From Gekko japonicus (lineage: Eukaryota): a stretch of 64,000 nt of DNA. Shown one piece after another: positions 12,080-24,146 of this stretch. The stretch is from assembly GCF_001447785.1 (NCBI RefSeq), contig NW_015173696.1, positions 322,103-386,102 on the forward strand, in the 5' to 3' direction. Position 1 is the first letter of the stretch; every line of letters begins with the position of its first letter. The translations under genes were made by a program, and so were the position numbers. The notes below the pieces were generated by a model that worked only from the letters and a program-made list of their open reading frames with translations, made no database searches and was not told the origin of the DNA.

Positions 12080-12649
12080 TCTATATATCTAATAGCGAAA
12101 GGTGCCCCCTGCGTGCGGATACCTAAATTCGCGCATCGGGGGCACCTGGGGGGGAGGGAGATTTTTGTGCACACTTGGGGCATTCCCCAGGTGTGCACAA
12201 AAATCTAAAAACCTGAAAAAAATATTGGGGGGATACTTAAATCCCCCCAAAAGTGACAGAGCGTCCCCTGCACATGTGCAGGGGATGCTCTGCGAACTCC
12301 CTCGCCGCCGCCGCTTGGGGGGGGGGAAGAGAGCAGCGAGGCTCGAGCGGCAAGCCACTCGGCCCTCGCTTCGGAGCTGGGGGGGAAGAGCAGCGCCAGC
12401 GAGGCCCCAGCGGCAAGCAGCGAGGCCCCAGCGGCAAGCCGCTCGGGCCTCGCTTCAGAGCCGGGGGGGAGAAAGAGCAGCTTCGAAGCCGGGGGGGAAG
12501 GGAAGGGGGGAGATCGAGCGGGGGGGTGGAGGAGACGAGGGAGGAACCGGCGCGATGGGGGGAAACTTACCTCCTCCTCCTGCTTCCTCCTCTGCCTCCT
12601 GTGTGGAGGTCCCTCCCCCCCCACGAGTATCGCGGGTCCCGCCCCCTTG
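12080..12649 (+). mobile_element. Non-autonomous Helitron-like element, copy 1 (570 bp)
   Basis: 5' TCTATATATCTAATAG, subterminal hairpin cccacga-gta-tcgcggg (12620-12636), 3' CTTG. Inserted between A and T with no TSD; removing it restores the host repeat motif tgaca|tcacttct. Confidence 0.85.
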
Positions 12650-14017
12650 TCACTTCTAATTTGTACCCAGAAGTGACATCATGACACTCTAAGAATTTGC
12701 CCATCACTGTGGTTGGAGATGTACCAATTCCTAGATGATTGCAATGTTTCTTCAGGGTACAAACTGGCAGAGATGCTGTGACATTGCACCCCAGCTCCCG
12801 AACACACTGCTGGATCCAAACACTATAAAGTACAAGTACCTGAATTTTATGTCTGGATTATTTATCATTTCAATTTCTTATTTATTCTGTGTGGCATATC
12901 ACACAGTCTCCTTTTAATTCCCTATTTTAGAAATGTTTTACTGGAGGTCAATTGGATTTTCAATCTTGTGAAAGGTTACGAACTAATTTTCTTTTGTGAA
13001 TTTATTTGTGATCTCTTTGTGAATAATTTATTCAATAGATGAGAGAAGGCTTCATGAATGAATTATTCACAACATATTATTGGGTTATCTATAATGTTGG
13101 CTTGAGATTTTTTTAAAAAAATTACATAATAATTTATTTTCCCCAAATTATTACTACAATTAATCCATGCAGCTCTGGAGAAGTGTTTTATTTATTTCAT
13201 CCATAGTACATTAGTTATTTAACATAGGGTTTTGGGTTTGGGGTTTTTTTTGGAAATGTTGCAGGGTCAAATTATCTGCTTGATGTTCATGTTAGACAAA
13301 ATGTTTTGGCTTTACTTTTATATGTAAATAAATATTACATTTAGTTTGTGGCTGCACATGTATAATTATCTACAGATTTATGGAATGATGACATTGGGTG
13401 ATACTCCCTGCAATATTATGTCTGTGAGGCATCAGAATGCACATTATATGAAGCAAGAAAGAATTATCTTCACCAGTGTTTTGAAATAGAAGCAATTGAT
13501 GAATCCTGGTTGTAGAATGTAGATGAGTTGAGCAACCAGGTGTTATTTTCCTAATGGTTGCCAGTCACATCTTTTCTCTACTTCAAGGAGTCTCAAAACC
13601 TGATTTAAATAATAATAAAAAAGATCTACAGGTGTTCCTAGTCTGTACAACATAGATATATATTCTAGTCCCTAATTCTGCTTTCTGTAAAGCAAATATG
13701 ACATAAATTTAATATCAAAAAGTAAATGTCTAACATAATGTCCCCAAATATTCATTGTAATATTAGTTCTATGAGTGGTACACAGGGAGTCCGACTGTTA
13801 CAGAGTCCGTCATCAAAGGGGAAACATGTTTCTGTAGAATTTCCTGAGATAAATTCATTTTCCAGAGCTGCTACTAGCTATGGAAGTGTGTGTGTGTGGG
13901 GAAGACCTGTACTGCACCTATCTTTCCCTCCTGTATGCTAATAGCATTGCCGGGGGGGGGGGGTTCTACATGAAAAATAGGTTTGGGAGGAAGGGTTAAA
14001 TTCTCTCTCCCAAAAGC

Positions 14018-14175
14018 AGAGTTGTCAGCTGGCCTGGAGAAAAATGCCCTGTACCTTTAATAGAAGTATGGAAATTGACAACTGACTTTTGTCATGGCAT
14101 GGAGGTAAACAACATCCCATTAAGCCTCTATTTTAAAAGACAGGGAATTTTTCTCCAGGCTGGCTGCCAATTGTA
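14018..14175. mobile_element. Palindromic MITE (Blackjack-like)
   Basis: Inverted arms gcctggagaaaaatgccctgt / acagggaatttttctccaggc. Confidence 0.55.
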
Positions 14176-14320
14176 TGACCCTAATCCCAACTGGGTCCCC
14201 ATCCATGGCTGTTTTTTTAATTGTTAAAAAAAATGTCAGGAGATACAATCATGGATATCCTTGTGTAACAGGAAATTTGGCCCTTACACTGTGACATGAG
14301 TGCACAAACTCACATTGTTG

Positions 14321-15173
14321 TTTGTTTGTTTTGGCCCCCCGGAGGGGATTTTTTGTTGCTTTTTTAACTAGACCAAAACTACAAAGAAATAAGGGAAGGA
14401 AACTACAATTAAGGAGAAAGTAAAGATAACCACTACTAACTAAAACCCTAAAAGAAGGACTTAGTCAGACATGCTAAAATATCTTTTAACACTTAGATTT
14501 AACTGTTAGAGAGAAACACCAGAGCATCCCATTATTAAAAACCATATTTTCAAAGGCACAATTCAGAGTCCTTCAGCCTTCATTTTTTCTTTTCTTGTCT
14601 TTTCCTCAGTTTATATGGACTTTTAGGGGCAGCAACCCTCTCCAGAAGACCCCAAGTCCAGGTCGTCACTGGACTTACTATCCTTCTCCTCTTTGTCCAC
14701 CTCCTCTGGCTTGCCCAACTGGATTTTCAAAAAGTCCCATGCTTTGGAAACAGAGTCCATCTTTTCTTTTTAATCCTGAAGTTTGAAGGTTACACCCTCT
14801 GGAAATAACCACTTGTAGCTAATTGCATTAAAATGTCAATTACTCTCTAATCCGACTCACAGTTCATAAACGGTCTTATGACCTTGCTGTAGCTCCGTTT
14901 AAACCACTCAATCTCCAGTGCTTGTCCCGGTCAGCGTCACTAGTTCCATATGGACACACAGCAGGAGGACCGTCAGGATGGAGAAGCACCTTGACTCCCC
15001 AGCATCGTGCTGGCAAAGAGGCCACTTCAAAAGTCCCATGGCTAGGAGCCTTTCAACCAGGCTCCGAGGGGGTAGTGAGACAACGCCCCCCTCCTTTCTG
15101 CTGGTACGCAGATTTCATCACCGGGAGGTCCAGGAGATGAGTCTGCTCAGCGTGTCGCCATAAACTGGAAGCC
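14321..15173 (-). mobile_element. Internally deleted ORF1-only L1 derivative (HAL1-like), full 5' end
   Basis: TSD ctcacattgttg (14309-14320 / 15180-15191). Minus-strand start GGGCTTCCAGTTTATGGCG. GC-rich 5' UTR fused to the ORF1 C-terminus ISYKWLFPEGVTF..MDSVSKAWDFLK..VAAPKSPYKLRKKTRK..*, then a short tail. Confidence 0.75.
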
Positions 15174-15689
15174 CACAGCCTCACATTGTTGAAATGAGAG
15201 TCTCTCTTTTCAAAATTTGGGGTATACATGACATTGTACAATCCATACTACATAATGTACACTAGCACTGTGTAACAGCACTGAATACAAAGCCTCCAAA
15301 AGATTTTGTATAGGTTTCCAAGGAGGACAGAAAAGATAATCAAGGGTCTGGTGGCTCACTGGGAAGAAATGAAATGATCTAGATACATGTAGAATGGAAA
15401 GAGAAAAAATATAAGAGGGTGAATGAAATATACGGAGGGTTATTACATACCACTGGACTAGGTCTAATGGACTTAACCTATGTATGAATAAATTTGGGTT
15501 GAATATTAGAATAAATGTGGTTTCACAATAAAACTTGGGGGCAGGGGATAACTCTCCACTGGAGGTTCACTAGGCATCCTTGAGTTTGGATTTCCTGCAC
15601 TGAGAAGTTTTGGTTTGACAGCCTCTTTCAAGTCTAAGATTATTTTATTGTTCAAATGCTTCAGGTACTGCTATTAAAACAATCCCCGT

Positions 15690-17888
15690 TGAAGAAAGAC
15701 TTGAGAGAGAAAGACATTTATAAATTGAGTAATATACTGATAAATGGGCATTTAGGTACACAACAGCAACTGGAGCTAAAACACAAGATAAAACTTTCAT
15801 GGCTCCAATATTATCAGCTTCACCATATGGTTCAAGAGATTACCAAATCAACACAGTTAGACAGACAGAGAAAAACTCAGAGTCCAAGAATCCTATAACT
15901 ATTTAATATCGGCAATTCAGTCATAAACTTTGGCTACAGCCCTCATCACTTCAACTTGCCTGGCATAAGGACTGTGGAACAACTTTTACTGATGTGCAAT
16001 GGGTTAATATATGGGACTGTTCTCTTTTTAATACTAAATCTTTGAACTCAAAACTCCAGAACTTTGAAATCTTGTCTCAATGGTACCTAACACCTAGGCG
16101 CCTATATCAGTGCAAATTTACATCTAATCCTACTTGTTGGAAGGGCTGTGGTCAAAATGGTAAATTCATTCATTGCTGGTGTGAATGTCCTAGAATTTTT
16201 AATTTCTGGAAAGTTATACTTACTGAAGTGACGAAGATAATAGGGCATACTCTTCCCAATTTACCAGCATCTGTCTTACTTAATTTTTGGCTGGATTTAC
16301 CATTAACGGAGGGGAAAGCTGAATTAGCCTCTTTTTTACTCATAGCAGCAAAACTCATGGTAGCTCAGAATTGGAAATTGAACAAACTCCCTACATTAAA
16401 ACAATGGGTCTCTAAAATATGGGCTATAGCTGTTGCTGACAAAATTGCGACTCAATTGATTGTAACTGAAACACCTATGAAAAGTAATCTCTTTATTGAA
16501 AAATTGTTTTCTTTTTTGAGTATGTTTCATCAAACGCAAAAGAATTTTATAAGTTACCCAAAGAATGCATGATTTTTGTATTTTATTAGATTGGATATTG
16601 TCTTATTTGTTCCTATATTAACCATGATAGTGGGTGAGCTATAGTATGAAAATTTACTGTGTTAGCCAAATTGCTCTAATAAAAGAAACAACCGGTACAG
16701 TTATTATTATCGGGATTCTTCCGTCTATGTTTACGGAGGATGGCACTGTTTCCGAGGTTCCCAATGAAAGGCTGAGGCGAACTTCCTTAATAATAATAAT
16801 AGTTTACTGACACACTTCACTTCAAAAACATACAACAATCACAGCACACAAGAACTAAAAAATTAAGATAGAATAATACAACACAGTTATGGTGGTTGAT
16901 GCTCTGGGTTATAATTACCTAGCTGCAACTGCGTGGCTCCAAACTTCCAGCGAAGGGGTAAGGATGGGGAGAAAATTGGGAAAGAAAGGCGAATGGACTC
17001 AGACCAGCTAAGACCACGTGCCAAAGAAACTCTAGCTGCTCAGTTCTAGAGTATAAAGAAGGATGGGTAGGATCTGGGATAGCAAGCTGGGCTTGAGAGG
17101 AAAAGCAGGTTTTATAGAGGGCATCGTTAGAAAGCAATGGGGGGTTCCAGGGTCCAGAGCGAGAGGTATGAGAGCAAGAACAAGAGAGCAAGAACTTAAG
17201 AGAGTGGACGTAAGAGAGTGAACTGTGGGTGCGTTCTTGATTATATCAAAGGGGTCTAGAGGAGGAGCTGGATCCAGAGGACCTCCCCTATGACACTGTG
17301 TTCTGTCATAGCCAAGAAGTTAGCGATTGGCTACTGTATTTTTCTGGGTGGGCTAAGAAACTGGAGGGCAATTTGAGATCTGGTTGCTAACTCAATCAAG
17401 ACACCTGGGCTAGGGGTATTAGTATGCAGATGGTTGACTCATGTCCATGCGGCCAGGCTGAATACCGGGTCTTTGTGAGTACGTGCAGCTTCGTTGGTGC
17501 GAGGGGGAGGGGGGGCCCTGGAGGTAGGTGACCATGCTGCTGGTTTGAAATGGCGTCTTGTGCTTTCTGTGACCATGTGCTTTGTTCTATGGCGTGCACT
17601 AGACACGGGAACACCTTAGGAATAACAACCACTGCAGGAACACAGTCTTTGGTATGTATCCTCATCGGGCGCTCACAGCATGTCAGTTTCAGGCACCGTC
17701 CGTCGTTGGCCCAGTTCATCAGGTACAGTATAACACTGTCCATAAAAACACCATAGCAGGCTTGCGGGCTTACAACTGTTCTTATACTTATTGTTCTGTT
17801 ACTGTTGTTATTATTGTTCTGGTTGTTGTTATCTTTCTATGGATGAGCTATTGTTCTTTTGTTATTTTAACAATAAATATAAAAAAAT
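15690..17888 (+). mobile_element. L1 3' fragment (ORF2 C-terminus and 3' UTR), interrupted by a solo LTR
   Basis: ORF 15994-16572 WYLTPRRL..CWKGC...FIHCWCECPRIFNFWK (L1 C-terminal Cys/His knuckle). The tail resumes after 17778 and ends AATAAA + A-run. 5' boundary approximate. Confidence 0.85.
16660..17774 (-). mobile_element. Solo LTR, 1115 bp
   Basis: TGTTAGCC...GGCTTACA ends, perfect 4-bp TSD actg (16656-16659 / 17775-17778). Splits the L1 3' UTR. Orientation inferred from minus-strand TATAAA/AGTAAA. Confidence 0.8.
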
Positions 17889-17971
17889 AGTTATGAAGAA
17901 GAAGAAGAAGGGGGGAAACCAATACAACAAAGTTAGAGTTCAATTGCACCTTTATGACCAACACGTTTTTA

Positions 17972-18019
17972 TTCAAGATATGAGCTTTCGTGTGCATGCA
18001 CATTTTGTCAGACAATGAA
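17972..18019 (-). ncRNA. Degenerate minimal hammerhead ribozyme in Penelope terminal repeat
   Basis: Minus strand ttcattgt-CTGACAA-a-atgtgcatgcacac-GAAA-GC-TC-atatcttgaa. The core G8 position is A. Confidence 0.6.
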
Positions 18020-18902
18020 ATGGAATTACATGTCATAGTTGTATATGTAGGGGTGGTTTGTTAGATTAGCATGCAAAATAGTGAAAATATTTTTAAAAAC
18101 AGATCAAAAGAATGACACACTCGGTTTCTGGTTATCATCTGTTTCAGTTCAACTGGGGGGACAGGTAATAAATGTGTTAGAACTGGAGATTGATGTGTCC
18201 TAATTTGTGAGAATCCAGTCCTTAGACCCCCATCCATCTTCTTTCTAGCATGGAGGAGAACTTTACAGCATCTTGGCTGTGCAGAGTATTTTCCGTGCCC
18301 CCCAAAAAAGAGAACTACATTTAAATCTACCATTCCAAATTACATTACATATTCAATTACATTCTTAATTGTTAAGAGCAGTAGTAACATTCTGTTTCAC
18401 TAAAACATGGAGTTAACTGGCAGAATCCTTTTCCTGGGGTACAGTGTTATGTGAGAGATCAACAAGATATTGCATTGCATTACAATCACTATTATAATAT
18501 ACTATTTCCAAAAAGAAAAAAGAAAGAAAGAAAAGAAAAATATCAAAATATAGGGGATGTATAACCCTACTTGGTGAGAATACATATGTGAAGATTGAAT
18601 GACTTAGCATATATAATGAGATAAGAAACCAATATCCCTGTTTAGTCCTGCCGGGGTATTTGTTCTGAGTGTTGTAATAACTTGTAATTCAGCTATGTCC
18701 CTTTCCATTCTGTTCCTGAAGTTCCTTTGCAATAAAACAGCTACTTTGAGGTCAGCCACTGAATGCCATGGAAGGTTGAAGTGTCCCCCTACAGGTTTCT
18801 CAGTCTTGTGATTCCTGATGTCAGATTTGTGTTTATTTATCCTTTGGCATAGGGTTTGTCCTGTTTGTCCTGTGTAGAGAGCCAAAAGGCAATGGTGGCA
18901 TT

Positions 18903-19899
18903 TTGAGAAACCTGTATAAGGGTCAAGAAGTGACAGTTAGAACCGGATATAGAACAACTGATTGGTTTCGCATAGGAAAAGGAGTACGACAAGGATGTAT
19001 ATTTTCACCTTGCTTATTTAATATATATGCAGAGTACATCATGCGAAATGCTGGCCTGGATGAATCACAAGCGGGAATTAAGATTGCTGGGGAAAAGATC
19101 AACAACCTCAGATATGCAGATGATACCACTCTAATGGCTGAAAGTGAAAAGGATCTAAAGAGCCTCTTGCTCAGAGTAAAAGAGGAAAGCGCAAAAGTGG
19201 GCTTGAAGCTCAACATCAAAAAAACTAAGATCATGGCATCCGGCCCCATCACTCCTTGGCAAATAGAAGGGGAAGTCGTGGAAGTAGTGACAGACTTCAC
19301 GTTCCTGGGATCCCAGATCACCACAGACTGTGACTGCAGCCATGAAATTAAAAGACGCCTGCTCCTTGGGAGGAAAGCAATGGCGAACCTAAACAGCATG
19401 ATAAAAAGTAGAGACATCACCCTGCCAACAAAAATACGCATGGTCCAAGCAATGGTATTCCCAGTAGTCATGTATGGCTGTGAGAGTTGGACTATAAGGA
19501 AGGCCGAGCGCCGAAGAATAGATTCTTTTGAACTATGGTGCTGGAGAAGACGTGCTGGAGTCCCTTGGACTGCAAGAAGAACAAATCAGTCAATCCTAAA
19601 AGAAATCAACCCTGATTGTTCCCTGGAAGGCCAGATAATGAAACTGAAGCTCAAATACTTTGGCCACCAAATGAGAAGGGAGCACTCACTGGAGAAGACC
19701 CTGATGCTGGGAAAGATTGAAGGTCAAAGAAGACAGGGATGGCAAAGGATGAGATGGTTAGACAGTGTCATAGATGCAATGAACATGAAATTGAGCGAAC
19801 TTCAGAGGACGGCAGAAGACAGGAAGGCCTGGCATGATCTGGTCCATGGGGTCGCAAAGAGTCGGACTCGACTGTGCGACTGAACAACAATAACAACAA
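18903..19899 (+). mobile_element. RTE-BovB LINE, 5'-truncated, RT C-terminal ORF open
   Basis: 326-aa stop-free ORF: GVRQGCIFSPCLFN...NNLRYADDTTLMAESE...MYGCESWT...LKYFGH...LEKTLMLGKIEG. 3' end ggggtcgcaaagagtcggactcgac + (caa)n. Confidence 0.95.
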
Positions 19900-22800
19900 T
19901 GTTAGAAGATGAGCAAGTGAATGCACCTGAGATGGTGTAGTTGGTGTTGTTGGTGTTGTTGGGTTCACTGACTGTGTTGGCAGGGTGTATGTGGCAGCAA
20001 AGTTAGCATCTGGGTTTATTGCAAGCTCTGGTACCAATGTCCATGTTCAAATTAGATTTTGCATTATTGTGGGTGAGGAGTTGTTTGGAAGGTTGGGGGG
20101 TTGTCTGTGCACAAGAAAAGGTTTACCTCCCAGTATTTGTGAAAGAGAACTGTCATTGTCCAGTAGAGGTTGTAAGTCATTTCTTGCATAGGGGGAAACC
20201 AAGACGTCTATGAGGTAGTTCACCTCTGCCTCCCCCCAAGTGCAACAATGCTGCTTCACACTGATTTAACTCCCTTGGGAGGAAGAAAAAGGGCAGGCTG
20301 CTGATAAGCCATGTCTGCCAAAACCACCATGGCACTACAGATTGCTGTTCTCTCTATATACCCAAAGCAACTCATTTCCAAAGACAATCTGTGCCTGACA
20401 CCTGCTGTTGCTGAGTATGGCAGAAAAGACCAGCTCAAAATAATTTCCTACTGCCTAGTGATGATCAAAACAAGAAGGACAAACCCTCCCTGGATAGCTG
20501 AACTCAGAAGTTATTTGTGTAAGTTAAATGGAAGAGAAGAAAAGTATACTAGTGAGTATCTTTGCTGTGGCTCATATTGAATGTTAGTGTTCAGAAACAT
20601 ATTTTGATTAAAGATTTTGGACCTGTAGTTTTAACAACTAATGGCTCTGCATGGGGGTGTGAAATAGATGAGCAAGTGCAGCATAAATGCAAATGTGTAC
20701 GCATAACTTTGCTTCAGTATGAATATTCCTATATTATTCCACATGGTTTTAAGCAGGCACCTAAAGACCAGTTCAATGACAATTGATTGTATCCAATGAA
20801 ACACGAGCAAAGCTTTATTCAGAAAACTGAATTTCTTGCCTTCTCCTTCTGCTTCAGCCCACAGTGGAGCCCCTACATTCAGAGACACTGAATCCAGGAT
20901 CAACATCAAACTAATCAAAGCTGGTTAATAACCTTACAATTCTAGACACATGTTTGGAATATCCACTTCCACGGGACAAATAATCTAATTGTGTGTCATT
21001 TGCATTTGCATGTTGATCTAAATTTGTATATAGATTCCATACTTGGCTGTTTTATTAGCATCAGAATTTATGACAATCTGCAGAGCTGGCTCAATGGTTT
21101 TTGGCAGCCTTGACAAAGTATGAGTACGATCCCCCCCAACAATAGAGAGAAAAGTGTGAAGCCTAAAATGAACCTTTACTTTTATTTGGCTGGCATTTGC
21201 AATGAACAACGTAAAGGAAAAATAGATTTATTTTGTTTTGTTTTCCTTCAGCAGGCCATTTGGCTAAGAAGTGCTGAAACAATTTCTTGTCTAGGAGACA
21301 GTGTTGAATTCCCTCCCCCAACCAGATACTCTAGGGTACTCTTGCTCACTCTAATTGTAAAGTAGGATTAACAGAGGCGTACACTGCAGGTCTGTTGTGA
21401 GAGTTTCAAGTCACCACATGATAAAATGCTAATGATGTACTTTGTAGTAATAGCCAGTCATTAACCCAAACACCATCACCATGTTGGCAGAGTTCGGGGT
21501 GGGGGGGTCCAATCCACACATTGGAGTTTGCTTTAATAAATTTACTGCAACAGGATTTGCAAAAGACAATAAATAACTGCAGGCACCTAATAAAACAGAG
21601 AGGCCTGTAGAGCACAAGCACTAACACATACTAACACACAGTCAAAAGAAAAACAACAAGAGGTAGGCTGAACTGCAAGTGGAAAACATTCAATGAACTG
21701 TAAATGCTAGAAAATGCTCCACAACTCCCCCTAGGGTACAAGTGGACTAAACCACTCCCTCAGCGGTACACACAGCACCCAGGCTGTCACTTCTCCAACA
21801 CACCAGATATCCGGACCCACATGTGGCTTGAACACACTGCCCTTATTGTTGGCATTTATTATTCTCCCTGCCTCACCCCGGGTGTGATAAGGAACATTTG
21901 GTTTGACACTGGTGCCCCAATAGCACCTCCCCATCTTCCATCCTTCCTTCCTTCCTTCCTACTGCATCAAATCTTGCCTCTGCTGGTGGCCCTTCCCTGA
22001 GGTTTGCAGAACCAGGGAAGTAGCAGCTGGGCAATCTCCTCCACCCTGCTCTGCTGACATGCTGGCTCTGGCTCAGCAGCTCTGACATGCCCACCACATC
22101 TGAAGTAGTGCCACTCAGCCATTTGCAGAGCCATGGCTCATTCAGAAACAGTAGCCCTCAGAGTGGCACACCTGATCCTCACCCAGGGACAGAGCCCAGA
22201 GATGCGGAGGGAGAGGCTGCTGGAGAAGGAGGAAAGGATACAGCCAGGCCAGCCTGGCCTCCTCTGATGCAAGGGCTCCATGTGGCTTGGCATCACCTGG
22301 ACAGGCTTGGTGGGTGGATGGGTTCAGGTGCAGCACCCTCTCCAGATCTCTTTTGCCTGCCTTGCGGGGAGGGCAGGATACAAATCTAATAAATGAATAA
22401 AAAATAAATAAATTTTGCCAAACTGCACCGAGTGTACAGCTGCAGGCACTGGCTGGCATTTCGTTGCAAGCAGAGACAACTTAAGCAAAGGGGAGAGAAG
22501 CCGGGGAGTGCAGCTTGAAGCCTGGACTAGGAGCTAACTATGGAGTTTATTTAGGTGCCCCTGAAAATCAGATGGTCTAGGCCTAGATTGCCTACATGGT
22601 CAGGCTGGCCCTGACAATCCCCCCCCCCCCAGTTTTGCTCTTCTTAGAAAATGCGAAGAGGCAAGTACCTTTCAGAGTTTGCAGCAGCTTTTCCCTCACC
22701 ACTAGCCTCCTGCCTGGACTAAGGCTGGTTGTTTTTTTTCTAGAAACCCAGAAAGTTTCTGGTGGTTTAGTAATGAACTGTTCTTAACATACAAGAGCCT

Positions 22801-23138
22801 ACTGCATTGTTCTTAACATTAAGAACATTAAGAACACAGACTCATCAGCCAGGGGAAGAAGAAAAGAGAGGAATAACAAACTGTGTGTTGAGCTAAAAGT
22901 TGGATTTGGAAGAAGATTGCATAGTGGGTGAGCAGGGCCCAGAACTTCCTTAAATACATTGTCTTTCTGTCCATGAAGAAAGTGATAGTCTCCTTGCTTA
23001 TGACCCATGCAGTGATTGGACAAAGGCTCTATAAAACAGAGTGTGTAGCTTAGGCTTACTTGAAATGGTCTTAGCAAGGGTTTGGGGAAGCTTATCAGCC
23101 CTGAAAATGATTGTAGAACTCTCCCTATTTGTAACATT

Positions 23139-23472
23139 GGCCCCGGTCACATGGGCCGGATATCGCGGTGTGTGTGTGTGTGTGGCAAATTGCCCTGGTG
23201 CAGTTTGATCCGTGAGCCGGCGCATAAACGAGGGGCCGGAGGGGAAAGCCACGCGCCAGCGTGATCACACCGTAGGCATCTGGAGGCATCCCATGGCAAA
23301 CCATTTGCCAGTACTTTGGAGGTACTACTTGTTTATCGCGTGTTTTCAGTGGTAAGCCACGGGTTGGCCACGGGTGCGCTCCATTTCCCAGATGTTGGGG
23401 TGTGATGGCGCATGGGTAATGCACCTACCACCCGTGGTTCTCCCGCGGCAAATTTGCCATGTGAACGGGACC
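23139..23472. mobile_element. PIF/Harbinger-like MITE
   Basis: 16-bp TIR (14/16) GGCCCCGGTCACATGG / CCATGTGAACGGGACC, 3-bp TSD att/att, CpG-rich. Confidence 0.7.
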
Positions 23473-24013
23473 ATTGAAATTTAAAATACTACTTCATATG
23501 ATGACAAAAAAGAAATTTTTGTGACTGGGTTCCAATCAAGTTTCAGGCTCCTGGTGAGACTCACAGGGACATGCAAACTGTAAAAAAAATGTGCTTGCTT
23601 TAAATTGGAAACCAAAAGGTATGGGAATATTTTTTTACTGGACAAAACCTCAGACTGGATTGTGCAGCAAGTAGAGCTTACCTCTACTAGTATTATGGCC
23701 AAATAGTCATTATGGCTAGATACTTTTGCTGACCCAGAAAGAACTTTACAGAAAGCACCATTAATCGATTCACACACCTTATATCCATACTATTAAGTAG
23801 TTGAAGGATCTTTAAAACTGTCTTGAACTTAATTTATTTTTATTTTTAATTATTTGAATGATAAGCTCAAAATTGGCAGATAACCTGTAACAGCAATCCT
23901 TGATTCACCACAAACTTAATGATCATTTTGTAATTGTTTTTATTTATGCTTTACTAAGTACTGCATTGTATTTTATTTCAGTCTTCAATGAAGAGTTTAA
24001 AATTAAAAAAAAT

Positions 24014-24146
24014 NNNNNNNNNNNNNNNNNNNNNNNNNNNNNNNNNNNNNNNNNNNNNNNNNNNNNNNNNNNNNNNNNNNNNNNNNNNNNNNNNNNNNNN
24101 NNNNNNNNNNNNNNNNNNNNNNNNNNNNNNNNNNNNNNNNNNNNNN
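24014..24146. other. Assembly gap
   Basis: N run. Confidence 0.99.

Larger units (their letters stand above)
17926..20190 (-). mobile_element. Penelope-like element (GIY-YIG, Poseidon-type), 5'-truncated, interrupted by BovB
   Basis: Minus-strand LQPLLDND..LGGKPFLVHRQPPNL, C-NKPRC-LC, FTCSSSNI | C..C.ALYTGQT...RINKHKSDIR...HFN...GLNRD. TSD gggggaaaccaa(t/g)ac (17911-17925 / 20191-20205). Confidence 0.9.

Noticed and set aside
12102-12684. GC-rich ORFs / CpG-island promoter of a host gene
   Set aside because: Bounded exactly by Helitron ends and repeated at 31475; the ORFs are low-complexity by-products.
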